From IMG/VR virus record IMGVR_UViG_2910822364_000002, positions 1-64,000 of that record: a DNA stretch of 64,000 nucleotides; one strand, written 5' to 3'. Every line of letters begins with the position of its first letter. Positions within the stretch are counted from its first letter, which is position 1. Below are positions 1-8,379 of this stretch, piece after piece. Source of the DNA: a virus. Lineage: Duplodnaviria; Caudoviricetes. The translations under genes and the position numbers were made by a program. Under the pieces are notes generated by a model. That model saw only the letters and a list, made by a program, of their open reading frames with translations. It was not told the DNA's origin and made no database searches.

Positions 1-1242
1 TTATTTTATTTTCATGATCTCGGCCATTAGCCACTCTGGTTTTCGTTTTGTGTAAGTAGCTTCTGTGATATCGTTGATCTTGTGACCCATCATATATTTT
101 AATGCATATTCATCTACTTTATCTCTTTTTGCCATCGTGGAAAACTGAATCCTTGGATCATGAGCTCTGTGATCTGGATTGAGCTCTAATTTCTTAACAA
201 TCTTTTCGAATCGATGTCTATATTTATCATACGTCATTTTTAAGCTACTTCGGTGTGTTTTTGTATCAGTGCAGTTGATTAAATAATCACTTCCAAGATT
301 TATTGCTTCCTGGTATCGATGCTTGACTAGATCACGAATCCGTGGATGGATTGGAACCAAGCGATCTTTACCTGCGTCAGTCTTCATACCGCCGATAAAA
401 AACCAATTTTCCAGATCTACATTTTTTAATTCAATTAGACCCAATTCTTGTGGTCGCCATCCAGAGTAGCATTGGATCAGAATCACATCCACATAATCAG
501 TATCATACAAATGATCCCATAATTTTTTTATTTCTTCATCCGTAAAATCAATATGGTCCTTCTTCGCTTCTTTAACATCTTTAATAACATCATCAGACAA
601 ATTAAAGGTCCTTGCATAATTCTTGTCTACTAATTCATACTCTAGCGCATAATCCAACATTAAGTTGAATAGAGATTTTATCTTTGTCTTTGTAGTAGGA
701 GATGCGTGTTTTTCTTTACCATCGACTACATACGTTCCATCTTCCATACAACCTTTAATATGTCGGGCACGTAAATCTTTTGCACGCATATCATAAACAG
801 CAGAGCAGTAGTTCCAGGCAGATTTAATTGTACGTTCACTTGAAGGACTTGACAGGGATTCAAAATATTTATCAGTCCACTTTTCGTATAATTGCTCGAC
901 TGTCAGATCAGAGTCAAGATCATACGGATTTTTATGATATTCAAGTAATGCAGCGTAAGCATCATTATAGGTTTTGAAATATGTTTCTGGTTTCAATGAT
1001 TTATAAATAGGTTTTCCATAAAAATTTTTTCCAACACAGACTAATGCACGAAAAGGCTTTCTAAGATTTTGATTTTTTAATTCGGATATAGTGCCAAATC
1101 CATTTGGAAGACGTTTTCGTTTATTAGTTTTTCTTTGTTGTTGTTTAATAACTTTTGTATCTAGAGGATAACCGCAGTGAGGACAAGTTATTGCCTTATC
1201 ACTTACCTGCAATTGACATTCTGGACATTTGATCAGTGCCAT
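1..1242 (-). CDS. int: Tyrosine recombinase (prophage 1 integrase) with N-terminal zinc ribbon
   Basis: Catalytic R (GWRPQE), K (GMKTDAG), HxxR (HDPR), MGH and Y (ATYTK). N-terminal CPEC...CPHC. RBS AGAAAGGAA upstream on the minus strand. Confidence 0.92.
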   Translation of the reverse strand: MALIKCPECQLQVSDKAITCPHCGYPLDTKVIKQQQRKTNKRKRLPNGFGTISELKNQNLRKPFRALVCVGKNFYGKPIYKSLKPETYFKTYNDAYAALLEYHKNPYDLDSDLTVEQLYEKWTDKYFESLSSPSSERTIKSAWNYCSAVYDMRAKDLRARHIKGCMEDGTYVVDGKEKHASPTTKTKIKSLFNLMLDYALEYELVDKNYARTFNLSDDVIKDVKEAKKDHIDFTDEEIKKLWDHLYDTDYVDVILIQCYSGWRPQELGLIELKNVDLENWFFIGGMKTDAGKDRLVPIHPRIRDLVKHRYQEAINLGSDYLINCTDTKTHRSSLKMTYDKYRHRFEKIVKKLELNPDHRAHDPRIQFSTMAKRDKVDEYALKYMMGHKINDITEATYTKRKPEWLMAEIMKIK

Positions 1243-1293
1243 ATATCATCATTCCTTTCTAAAAAAGGGTACAAAAAATACACCCTTATCAAT

Positions 1294-1322
1294 TTGTAAT
1301 TTTGCAGGATGTATGATATAAT
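1294..1322 (+). promoter_or_regulatory. SigA-type promoter, antisense to the int operon
   Basis: TTGTAA-17nt-TATAAT with extended -10 (TGaTATAAT); the layout is conserved at 39310-39338. Confidence 0.75.
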
Positions 1323-1328
1323 TCTGGT

Positions 1329-1408
1329 GTTCAGGCAGAGATTACATCAATCACCCATGATTGATAATTTCTGAAATTCCGTCCAGTTGGTAGCTGGGCG
1401 GTTTTCTT
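1329..1408 (+). ncRNA. Candidate cis-antisense sRNA (about 80 nt, two hairpins)
   Basis: Promoter upstream; stem CAGAGATT/AATTTCTG with inner ATCAATC/GATTGAT; terminator CCGTCCAG-TTGGTAG-CTGGGCGG-TTTT; G-U pairs favour the + strand. Confidence 0.6.
1379..1408 (+). terminator. Intrinsic terminator of the antisense RNA
   Basis: 8-bp GC-rich stem, TTGGTAG loop, T-rich tail. Confidence 0.75.
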
Positions 1409-2095
1409 TTATTGTAAATTACTTACATTATCAAATAATTTCCAGATATAGTTAGAATATTTTTGATACGGAAAATAATAATTACTTTTTGGAGTAGGAG
1501 TTCCGTTTTTGTCAAGGATATTCTTCAGTCGAACAGTTTCAGCGTCAAGCTTTTCCCAAGTCTTTTTGAATTTAGAATAATGTTTACCTTGTACAGAATA
1601 AACAAATTTATTCCAAGAATTTCTTTTTTTATAATTTTTATTTAAGTCGGAAATGGTTTTATCAATATTTAATTTGTTTCCGCAAGAGTCGGTTCCATCT
1701 TCTATATAGTGATATATATCACAGTATCCATTGTTCCAAATATCTTCACACTGCCAGTCATAAGCATCCCATAATTTATTAGTTATTGATTTATGACTAC
1801 GAACAGATACTTCACATTTTAATGTTTGACCATTAACTTTTGCAGTAATATAAGCAGTTCCAGATTTTTTAGCAATAACCTTTCCAGACTTTGTAACTGC
1901 TACAACTTTCTTTTTACTAGAACTCCATTTAACTTTCTTTTTCGTTCCTTTAATTTTTAGCGTATAGCTATTTTTCTTTGGTAAAGTTATGAATGTTTTA
2001 TTTATTGTTGTATTCTGTTTTGCGTGTATCGGTACAGCAGGTAATAGCATCATTGCAGACAATGCAACGCATAAAAACTTTTTTTTCATACGCAT
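1409..2095 (-). CDS. Secreted protein with Ig-like (Big_2) domain
   Basis: Signal peptide (MKKKFLCVALSAMMLLPAVPIHA); Big_2-type motif KVKWSSSKKKVVAVTKSGKVIAKKSGTAYITAK. Confidence 0.8.
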   Translation of the reverse strand: MRMKKKFLCVALSAMMLLPAVPIHAKQNTTINKTFITLPKKNSYTLKIKGTKKKVKWSSSKKKVVAVTKSGKVIAKKSGTAYITAKVNGQTLKCEVSVRSHKSITNKLWDAYDWQCEDIWNNGYCDIYHYIEDGTDSCGNKLNIDKTISDLNKNYKKRNSWNKFVYSVQGKHYSKFKKTWEKLDAETVRLKNILDKNGTPTPKSNYYFPYQKYSNYIWKLFDNVSNLQ

Positions 2096-2163
2096 TTCTC
2101 CTTCTTTATTTTAATAATAAAAACGACAATTCGAGATTATATCCCATTAAGTCATTTAGATAA

Positions 2164-2766
2164 TTATTTCACAGTAGTTTTTGAAACATTTAGATAATCA
2201 ATAATGTAACCATCTGATGCCCAGATACTAAAAACACCTGCGAAAGAAGTACATTCAGGATTTTTAATTTTAGCTTTTAAAATAAAATTTCTAGTGTCTT
2301 TTGAAGCAATATACGGAGAAGTGGTCATTTCATCTGGTTCGTAATCCGTATCGTTCAATTTAAAATATTCACAGTCAAACTTAAATAAGGAATCTGTTTT
2401 ATTATATACTGAAAACGCAATTTCAGAAGAAGTTGTATATGCCAACTTTATCTGAAGTTTATCGTTATCCAAAATAATTCTATTATATGTATAATTTTTA
2501 ACAGTAGGAGCTGAAGGGGTTTTAACAACTTTCTTTTTGATAGTCATTTTGCTCCGATAAGTCTTTTTACCGATCTTAGCTTTTATATAAGCTGATCCAA
2601 CTTTCAGCCCTTTGATAGTTGCATATTTGTTATTTTTGTTCACTATTCTTATTTTATTATTAGATACTGTCCATTTTACTTTAGTTTTATTGTTCTGTAA
2701 ATTAATTTTACAAGTCTGGTTAATATAAATAGTCTTTTTTAATGGTGTAATACTTACTTTAGATTT
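2164..2766 (-). pseudogene. 5'-truncated Big_2-domain secreted protein
   Basis: KVKWTVSNNKI...GSAYIKAKIG Big_2 motif. The coding character starts abruptly at KSKVSITPL; the upstream part of the 309-aa ORF is the antisense of parA/parB/intron DNA. Confidence 0.75.
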
Positions 2767-2771
2767 TATCC

Positions 2772-2924
2772 ATGATTGAAGTATTTGAAAATGTGATCCC
2801 GATGTCTGTAAAAGCTGCTGAGACCAGTGCAGAGGGAAAAAGCATCTACATGCATTGTCCGAAAGGAAAGGTTGCAGAGGCCTATATGAACTTAACACAG
2901 GAGGTTTTGAAGAATGAAAAATAG
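2772..2924 (+). pseudogene. parA: ParA/Soj ATPase C-terminal fragment
   Basis: IEVFENVIPMSVKAAETSAEGKSIYMHCPKGKVAEAYMNLTQEVLKNEK*, a typical ParA C-terminus; the 5' part is missing. Confidence 0.8.
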
Positions 2925-3030
2925 AAGTGGCGAAAAGATTAAACTGGCAAGCATTGATGAACTGCTTGGTGTGGTAAATGAAGAATCTGCAATGGAGATA
3001 GAAATTAGTAAGATCCATCCGTTTAAAATT
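2914..3030 (+). pseudogene. parB: ParB N-terminal fragment
   Basis: RBS AGGAGG; MKNRSGEKIKLASIDELLGVVNEESAMEIEISKIHPFK, which ends exactly at the intron GTGCG. Confidence 0.75.
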
Positions 3031-3122
3031 GTGCGCCCAGATAAGGGCGAGTAGTCTAGCAGGTGGAATGCCTGTCTGGTAAGGTCTAACCAACCGCCAG
3101 TAGCGAGTCTTGGGTCTTCCAT
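3031..3122 (+). mobile_element. Group II intron 5' fragment (start of domain I only)
   Basis: Begins GTGCG; CGCCC/GGGCG stem, GGTGGAATGCC element, GTAAGG and TAGCGAGTCTTGG as in bacterial group II intron 5' ends. No RT ORF or domains V/VI in the window. Confidence 0.75.
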
Positions 3123-3166
3123 AGTCTGCGTCATACCAGCGTTTATGAAGAAAAAATCAAAGGCTC

Positions 3167-3197
3167 TTGACTTGGAGTTAACTTCAAGTAGTATACT
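3167..3197 (+). promoter_or_regulatory. MerR-type promoter/operator
   Basis: TTGACT-19nt-TATACT with dyad CTTGGAGTT/AACTTCAAG across the spacer. Confidence 0.8.
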
Positions 3198-3219
3198 AAT
3201 CGAAACAGGAGGTAAAAAG

Positions 3220-3483
3220 ATGAAGAAATTACTGATTATATATTATTCATGGTCAAATGGAAACACGGAAAGAATTGCAAAAATGCTGCAGAGTGAGACT
3301 GATAGCGATATTCTAAAAATAGATACCGTAGTTCCATATTCTGGCAGTTATGATGATGTGGTAAATCAGGGACAGAATGAAGTGCAGCGCGGATACGAAC
3401 CTGAAATTAAACCGCTGGATATCAATATTGCAGATTATGATGTCATCGCAGTTGGGACACCTAAAATGGAGTACAGTTTATAG
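3220..3483 (+). pseudogene. Flavodoxin, 3'-truncated
   Basis: RBS AGGAGG; YYSWSNGNTERIA FMN loop; breaks off after AVGTP. Confidence 0.8.
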
Positions 3484-3703
3484 TAGTGTATAGCGTGTAC
3501 CAAGTTATAATTATGGGGTTGAAAATAACAGTATACACAGATAATGTGGAAAAATGTGTATGACGTTTATATAGAAAATAACATTGAAAAAGAAATTCAA
3601 GAATGGGTAAATTCATTAAATTTAAAATAGAATAATAATTACATGAGTGACAGAAGATAAGAATCTGAATTCCCTGTCACTTTTATATTATTTGATAAGA
3701 AAA

Positions 3704-3750
3704 AAGAACTGGTTTATATCCGATAAGAATATAGACTGGTTCTTATTTTT
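3704..3750 (+). terminator. Long G-U-containing hairpin with T tail
   Basis: AAGAACTGGTTTATAT/ATATAGACTGGTTCTT (16 bp, 3 G-U) followed by ATTTTT. Confidence 0.5.
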
Positions 3751-3790
3751 AATATGCTATTATATACACAGGGAGTCGGGGAATGTCGAA

Positions 3791-4027
3791 CTATAGCAAG
3801 CCGGAAAAGAAAGCATTGATATCGGTATGAAAGAGTTTTGCAAGTGCAACTAATTCAGATGCCTTAATGTTCATGCGATTTGTTTCCAGTTTGGCATAGG
3901 TACTTTTGGTGATGGAGATACCCATAAGATTTAATTTTGCAACTACTTGGTCTTGAGTCATATTGTTTTTATATCGAATTGCTTGGATATTTTTACCAAT
4001 ATCCATATCTGGTCTAATCTTTTGCAT
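3791..4027 (-). CDS. XRE-family HTH regulator
   Basis: IGKNIQAIR...MTQDQVVAKL...STYAKLE HTH_3 pattern. Confidence 0.85.
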   Translation of the reverse strand: MQKIRPDMDIGKNIQAIRYKNNMTQDQVVAKLNLMGISITKSTYAKLETNRMNIKASELVALAKLFHTDINAFFSGLL

Positions 4028-4156
4028 AATGATGAACTCCCCTTATAAAATAAAAAGATTCGTAATACAGAAATATATATATTGATTCTAAAGAATTTAA
4101 ATTTTATAATGTTTCGTAATAAGGAATTATTTTTAACAGGAAGAGGTAAAAGTATA

Positions 4157-4549
4157 ATGGATGTGGAGATGGAAAAGAGAAAATTTTTAAATCTATGTGG
4201 CAAAAGAGATCGAGCATTATTGTCAGGTGAAAAAAGAATGACATTGGGGGATATGGAACGATTGACATATCTGACAGAATTTTTTGAACTGGAGAACTAT
4301 GGAATCGCCTTATGGAAAGAATTTGGTGATGATGTAAAAGAGCCATTTGAAGCGATGATGAAAATGTTAGATGAGCCGGAGTGCATAGAAGATCGATGGC
4401 TTGATGACGAAGCAAAAGGGGAAAAGTGGTTGTTAGAATTTCAGGAACTGGCATTAACGGAAGAATACAGGGAATGGATTCGAAATTATATCGATAAAAA
4501 ATATGAAGAAAGAGGATTACCATATCCGACAGGAGCAGACTTCGATTAA
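4157..4549 (+). CDS. Hypothetical protein
   Basis: RBS AGAGGT before ATG 4157 (ORF track starts at 4082); acidic, no recognised domain. Confidence 0.65.
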   Translation: MDVEMEKRKFLNLCGKRDRALLSGEKRMTLGDMERLTYLTEFFELENYGIALWKEFGDDVKEPFEAMMKMLDEPECIEDRWLDDEAKGEKWLLEFQELALTEEYREWIRNYIDKKYEERGLPYPTGADFD

Positions 4550-4589
4550 GAGGTCTGCTTTTTTCTGGTCTTTTGGGAGGTGATAAGAG

Positions 4590-4922
4590 GTGGAAGTAAG
4601 TATTTATGAACTCTTGGCGGCAGCAAGAGAATCGGCTAAATCTGATTATATAAAAGGGGACAGCATTTTGTGTGAGAAGAGATTTCATCCAGATACCCAT
4701 TACATGGTAGAAATAGAACTGCTGAAAAATGATAACAAGCTGGGAAAAAAGGGCAATTATATACGGAAGTTTTTGACAGAACCGGAGTATCTTCCCATTT
4801 TACAAAAGCAGGAAAAACATCTCATAAAAATAAAAAGACAGGCAATTGTTCAAAAAGGAAACTTGCGATATATCCCTCCCCCGGACAGGCTGGACCGCCG
4901 CCGGGAGAGGGATCTTTTATAA
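4590..4922 (+). CDS. Hypothetical protein
   Basis: RBS GGGAGGTG, GTG start. Confidence 0.65.
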   Translation: MEVSIYELLAAARESAKSDYIKGDSILCEKRFHPDTHYMVEIELLKNDNKLGKKGNYIRKFLTEPEYLPILQKQEKHLIKIKRQAIVQKGNLRYIPPPDRLDRRRERDLL

Positions 4923-5100
4923 CCGGCTGGGAAGGAACAGTAGTGTTCCTCTGGCGATAGTGGTATAAAAAAACCAGATTTTCCGCAGGTTTTGGGACGC
5001 TGGAACATAGAAAAGTGTTCACGAATGGCACTTTTGCAACGATCCGTTGCAGCAGTGACAACATTTTTGACCTTACGTTAAACAGAAAAAATGAAAGGAT

Positions 5101-6018
5101 GTGATTGCGATAATCATAGGAATTGATCATGGCTATTATGCCATTAAAACAAGACAAGTGTCTTTCCCAAGTGGAATTATTGGGTATGATTACGAGCCGT
5201 ATACCATGCAGAATGTTCTGCAATATCAAGGAAAGTATTATGTCTGCGGTACGGGAAGACAGACGCTGGTAAAAAATAAAACGTCCAATGATAATTATTA
5301 TCTGCTGACGTTGGCAGCCATTGCAGAAGAAATCAAGCATCGGAAAGCGGAACGAAAGACAGAGGTAATTCTGGCTGTTGGACTTCCGCTTTCAAGTTTT
5401 GGAAGAGAGAAACAGGGATTCAGGGAGTATCTGTTGCGGAAAGAGCAGCCAGTGCGATTTTTATATGAAAGTGAGTTATATGAGATAACAATAAAAGATG
5501 TGAAACTGTTCCCACAGGGATACTCTGCGCTTGCTCTGCATCCAGAGTATCTGAAGAATGAACCGTCTGTTCTGCTTGTTGATATTGGTGGCTGGACCGT
5601 TGACCTTATGAGGCTGGACAATGCTGTTCCGAATGCAGCAACGTGCAGAAGTCTGGAACTTGGAGTAATCCGATGTATTGATGAGACAGCAGAACAAGTG
5701 CGTAGAAATACCGGACTGTCTGTGACAGAAACTCAAATTGAGCGTGTGCTTCGGAGGGAATCTTGCAGTATGGCAGAGGAGGCCAGACGGATCATACAGG
5801 AAAACGGACGGAAATATATAGAAAGAATACTGTCTGCGGTGACAGAATCCGGGTTTGATCTCCGGGCAGTACCCACCGTATTTATGGGGGGAGGCTCCGC
5901 AATTTTAAAACGCCACGTGACCGCACAGGACGCGATTTGCCGCCCCGTTTTTATAGAGGACGTCCATGCCAACGCAACAGGGTATGAACGGATTGTAGAG
6001 CAGATGTGGACGAGATGA
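5101..6018 (+). CDS. parM: ParM/StbA-family actin-like ATPase
   Basis: IGIDHGYYAIK, VGLP, FPQG, LVDIGGWTVD, MGGGS actin-fold motifs. Confidence 0.88.
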   Translation: MIAIIIGIDHGYYAIKTRQVSFPSGIIGYDYEPYTMQNVLQYQGKYYVCGTGRQTLVKNKTSNDNYYLLTLAAIAEEIKHRKAERKTEVILAVGLPLSSFGREKQGFREYLLRKEQPVRFLYESELYEITIKDVKLFPQGYSALALHPEYLKNEPSVLLVDIGGWTVDLMRLDNAVPNAATCRSLELGVIRCIDETAEQVRRNTGLSVTETQIERVLRRESCSMAEEARRIIQENGRKYIERILSAVTESGFDLRAVPTVFMGGGSAILKRHVTAQDAICRPVFIEDVHANATGYERIVEQMWTR

Positions 6019-6305
6019 CACGCCCGGTATATTCGTTCCGCCCGAACCTGAAAAATCCAGAACACCAGAGGGCATGGGAGAAATTTCAAAGTGTTCCAGA
6101 AGGGCAGAAAAGCCAGTATCTGGTTCAGGCAATTCTGGAAAAAGAGGATCGGAAATGGATGGAAGAAGTCATTCAAAAGACGATAAAAGAAAGTGTTCGG
6201 GAATTAGGAATATGTGGCACTACGGAACAATTGAAAACGAAACCATCATCGGAAGAAATACCAGATCAGATGATGGATTTTCTATCTCAAATGGAAAATT
6301 TGTAA
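6015..6305 (+). CDS. Probable ParR-like adaptor
   Basis: Small gene overlapping the parM stop (ATGA); position typical of type II partition systems. Confidence 0.6.
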   Translation: MTRPVYSFRPNLKNPEHQRAWEKFQSVPEGQKSQYLVQAILEKEDRKWMEEVIQKTIKESVRELGICGTTEQLKTKPSSEEIPDQMMDFLSQMENL

Positions 6306-6459
6306 AGGGGGTGAGGCCTATGATTGCACGATACATACATTGTTGGATCTGCTAGGGGTAAGGCAAGAAATGCATCGATATCTTTGGTGGGTATTGTGAA
6401 TAGCTTTCCATGCGGCTTTGGAGTATGTTGTGTGTAGCAAAAGTGAAAGGAGAAAGGTT

Positions 6460-7011
6460 ATGGCAGAGATGAAAAATATCTGCGGAAAGATCCCGATGGA
6501 CTTACATGAGAAAGTAAGAGAAGAGATTGAACTCACAGAAAGCAGCACACAAAAATTTTTACAACAGGTCATTGAAGAACATTTCAACAGAGTGGAAGGA
6601 AAAGGAGAAATAAGCATGGGAGCAGTAAGAACAGTAGCAGTACAGGTATCAGAGGAATTATTCCAGAGATTAAAAGTAGTCATCGGAAAGAAACACATGA
6701 AACAGAAAGACTTCTTAATTCAGATTATAGAAGAAGCACTGGAAAAGGTAGAGGTCGAATGGCAAAGCAAAGAGCAGCCTGAAGAATCCGAACAGACAAC
6801 TGGAGAATTGGGAACAGAAGAAACTCAACCGGAAGAAAGAACTGAGCCGGAAAGGGAAAGTGAACCAGAAGAGGAAGCCGAACCGGATGGAGAAAGTGAA
6901 CCGAAAGAGGAAAACAAACCAGAAGGGGAAAGTGAACCGGAAGAGGAAACTGAACCAGAAGGAGAGACTGATCCGGAAGAATCCAAAGCAGAAGAACCAA
7001 CAGAATGGTAA
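6460..7011 (+). CDS. Ribbon-helix-helix-like protein with acidic Glu/Pro repeat tail
   Basis: RBS AGGAGAAAGG; two RHH-like segments (ICGKIPMDLHEKV; VAVQVSEELFQRL); EPEEE repeats. Confidence 0.6.
   Translation: MAEMKNICGKIPMDLHEKVREEIELTESSTQKFLQQVIEEHFNRVEGKGEISMGAVRTVAVQVSEELFQRLKVVIGKKHMKQKDFLIQIIEEALEKVEVEWQSKEQPEESEQTTGELGTEETQPEERTEPERESEPEEEAEPDGESEPKEENKPEGESEPEEETEPEGETDPEESKAEEPTEW
6862..6990 (+). repeat. Degenerate 18-bp (36-bp higher-order) tandem coding repeat
   Basis: gaacc(a/g)gaa.. units encoding EPEEEA/EPDGES/EPKEEN/KPEGES/EPEEET/EPEGET. Confidence 0.8.
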
Positions 7012-7034
7012 CCAATTGATACAGAATAACGAAG

Positions 7035-7065
7035 GGCGGTATGAGAGATCATGCCGCCTGTTTTT
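7035..7065 (+). terminator. Intrinsic terminator before the methyltransferase
   Basis: GGCGGTATG/CATGCCGCC stem followed by TGTTTTT. Confidence 0.7.
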
Positions 7066-7081
7066 ATCAGCAAAAAGGAGG

Positions 7082-8377
7082 TTGATAGCCGCAACCATTC
7101 AATTTTTTGATCTCTTTAGCGGAATCGGGGGATTTCGTGAAGGCTTAAGACGGGCAGGAAACTTTGTCTGTGTCGGACATTGCGAGGTGGATACTTATGC
7201 GGATAAGAACTACCGATTGCTGTTTGATACGGAAGGGGAGTGGTATTGTAATGACGCAAGAACAATCGAACCAGAACGAATGCCAGATTTTGATTTACTC
7301 TGTGCAGGATTTCCTTGCCAGGCATTCTCTATCGCCGGAAAGCGAGAAGGATTTGCAGATGCAAGAGGAACTCTCTTTTTTGAAATTGCCCGGATTCTTG
7401 AAGCTAAAAGACCCTCGTATTTTATCCTTGAAAATGTTCCCGGTTTGTTATCGCATGACAAAGGCCGGACGTTTTGCACCATCCTCAGTACGCTTTCTGA
7501 ACTGGGGTACCATGTCGAATGGAAAGTGCTTAACAGCAAGGATTTCGGAGTCCCCCAAGCAAGAAAACGGGTGTATATTGTCGGATATTTTGATTTCCGA
7601 TGTGCCGGAAAAGTATTACCTGAACCAGAAACAAATGGAGCAGCTCTTGTTCAAGTCCGGGCAGGAAGTCAGGGGAAAAGAGTCTACAGTCCCAAAGGAC
7701 TAAGCTGTACCCTGACATCACAGGCAGGTGGAATGGGCGGCAAGACAGGATTATATGATGTAGGTGTTCCAATCAAAGAGAATACAAAGCTCGGCTACAA
7801 ACTTGCAAGAGAAGGGGACAGCATCGATCTGGGTTATGCGAATCTCAACAGCAGGAGAGGAAGAGTCGGACACCAGATCGCACATACCCTGACAACAGGT
7901 GTTCAACAGGGAACGCTGCACTTTGTCGATCTTTCACCTCCGCCGGTGGTAACGGAAGAATGCAGAAGCCTGAATACCAGACAATGCGGTGTCCACAAAT
8001 ACAAAGGAGAATGTTCTGGTGTATTAGCAGAGGATGGAGCAAGAGCAGTCTTAACACCAGCAAAAGAGAATGTTCGTCAGAACGGCAGACGTATGAAAGA
8101 ACCCGAAGAACCGATGTTTACAATTACTGCAACCGATCGTCATGGCATCTTGTATCACGGCAGAATAAGAAGGTTAGTTCCGAGGGAATGTCTGCGACTG
8201 CAGGGTTATTACGACTGGCAGATTGATAAGATCATAGACAGCACTTCTGACGCACAGCTTTATAAACAGGCTGGAAACGGAGTAACTGTCAATGTTATCG
8301 AGGCAATTGGCAGATTGTTACAAAAGGCAGACTCCGAACTTAACACACAGAAAGTGTCTGAGAAAGGAATCCATTAG
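7082..8377 (+). CDS. C5 cytosine DNA methyltransferase (main frame; start uncertain)
   Basis: Motifs I FDLFSGIGG, IV AGFPCQAFS, VI ENV, VIII PQARKRVYIVG, IX RRLVPRECLRLQG, X YKQAGNGV. RBS GGAGG at 7077-7081; the 6860 start in the track is spurious. Confidence 0.92.
   Translation: MIAATIQFFDLFSGIGGFREGLRRAGNFVCVGHCEVDTYADKNYRLLFDTEGEWYCNDARTIEPERMPDFDLLCAGFPCQAFSIAGKREGFADARGTLFFEIARILEAKRPSYFILENVPGLLSHDKGRTFCTILSTLSELGYHVEWKVLNSKDFGVPQARKRVYIVGYFDFRCAGKVLPEPETNGAALVQVRAGSQGKRVYSPKGLSCTLTSQAGGMGGKTGLYDVGVPIKENTKLGYKLAREGDSIDLGYANLNSRRGRVGHQIAHTLTTGVQQGTLHFVDLSPPPVVTEECRSLNTRQCGVHKYKGECSGVLAEDGARAVLTPAKENVRQNGRRMKEPEEPMFTITATDRHGILYHGRIRRLVPRECLRLQGYYDWQIDKIIDSTSDAQLYKQAGNGVTVNVIEAIGRLLQKADSELNTQKVSEKGIH
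7251..7703 (+). CDS. Overlapping alternative-frame polypeptide inside the MTase gene (M.EcoHK31I beta-like)
   Basis: Open for 179 codons in another frame; own RBS GGAAGGGGAG before ATG 7251; SLKMFP.C...SSVR...LSDIL..DVPEKYYL. Confidence 0.65.
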   Translation: MTQEQSNQNECQILIYSVQDFLARHSLSPESEKDLQMQEELSFLKLPGFLKLKDPRILSLKMFPVCYRMTKAGRFAPSSVRFLNWGTMSNGKCLTARISESPKQENGCILSDILISDVPEKYYLNQKQMEQLLFKSGQEVRGKESTVPKD

Positions 8378-8379
8378 GC

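Larger units (their letters stand above)
1..2766 (-). mobile_element. Prophage 1 remnant (integration/immunity end), truncated on the right; att presumably just left of the window
   Basis: Integrase plus secreted-protein genes in the same layout as prophage 2, with a shared int leader. No repressor or lytic genes follow. Confidence 0.7.

Noticed and set aside
2164-3093. 309-aa ORF as one real gene
   Set aside because: Its first ~110 residues are the antisense of intron/parB/parA DNA; only 2164-2766 looks coding.
6862-6990. Non-coding repeat array
   Set aside because: Degenerate in-frame 18-bp units encoding a Glu/Pro linker, with no spacers.
6860-7081. N-terminal extension of the C5 methyltransferase
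   Set aside because: It overlaps the upstream gene's repeat region out of frame and crosses a terminator; the RBS is at 7077-7081.
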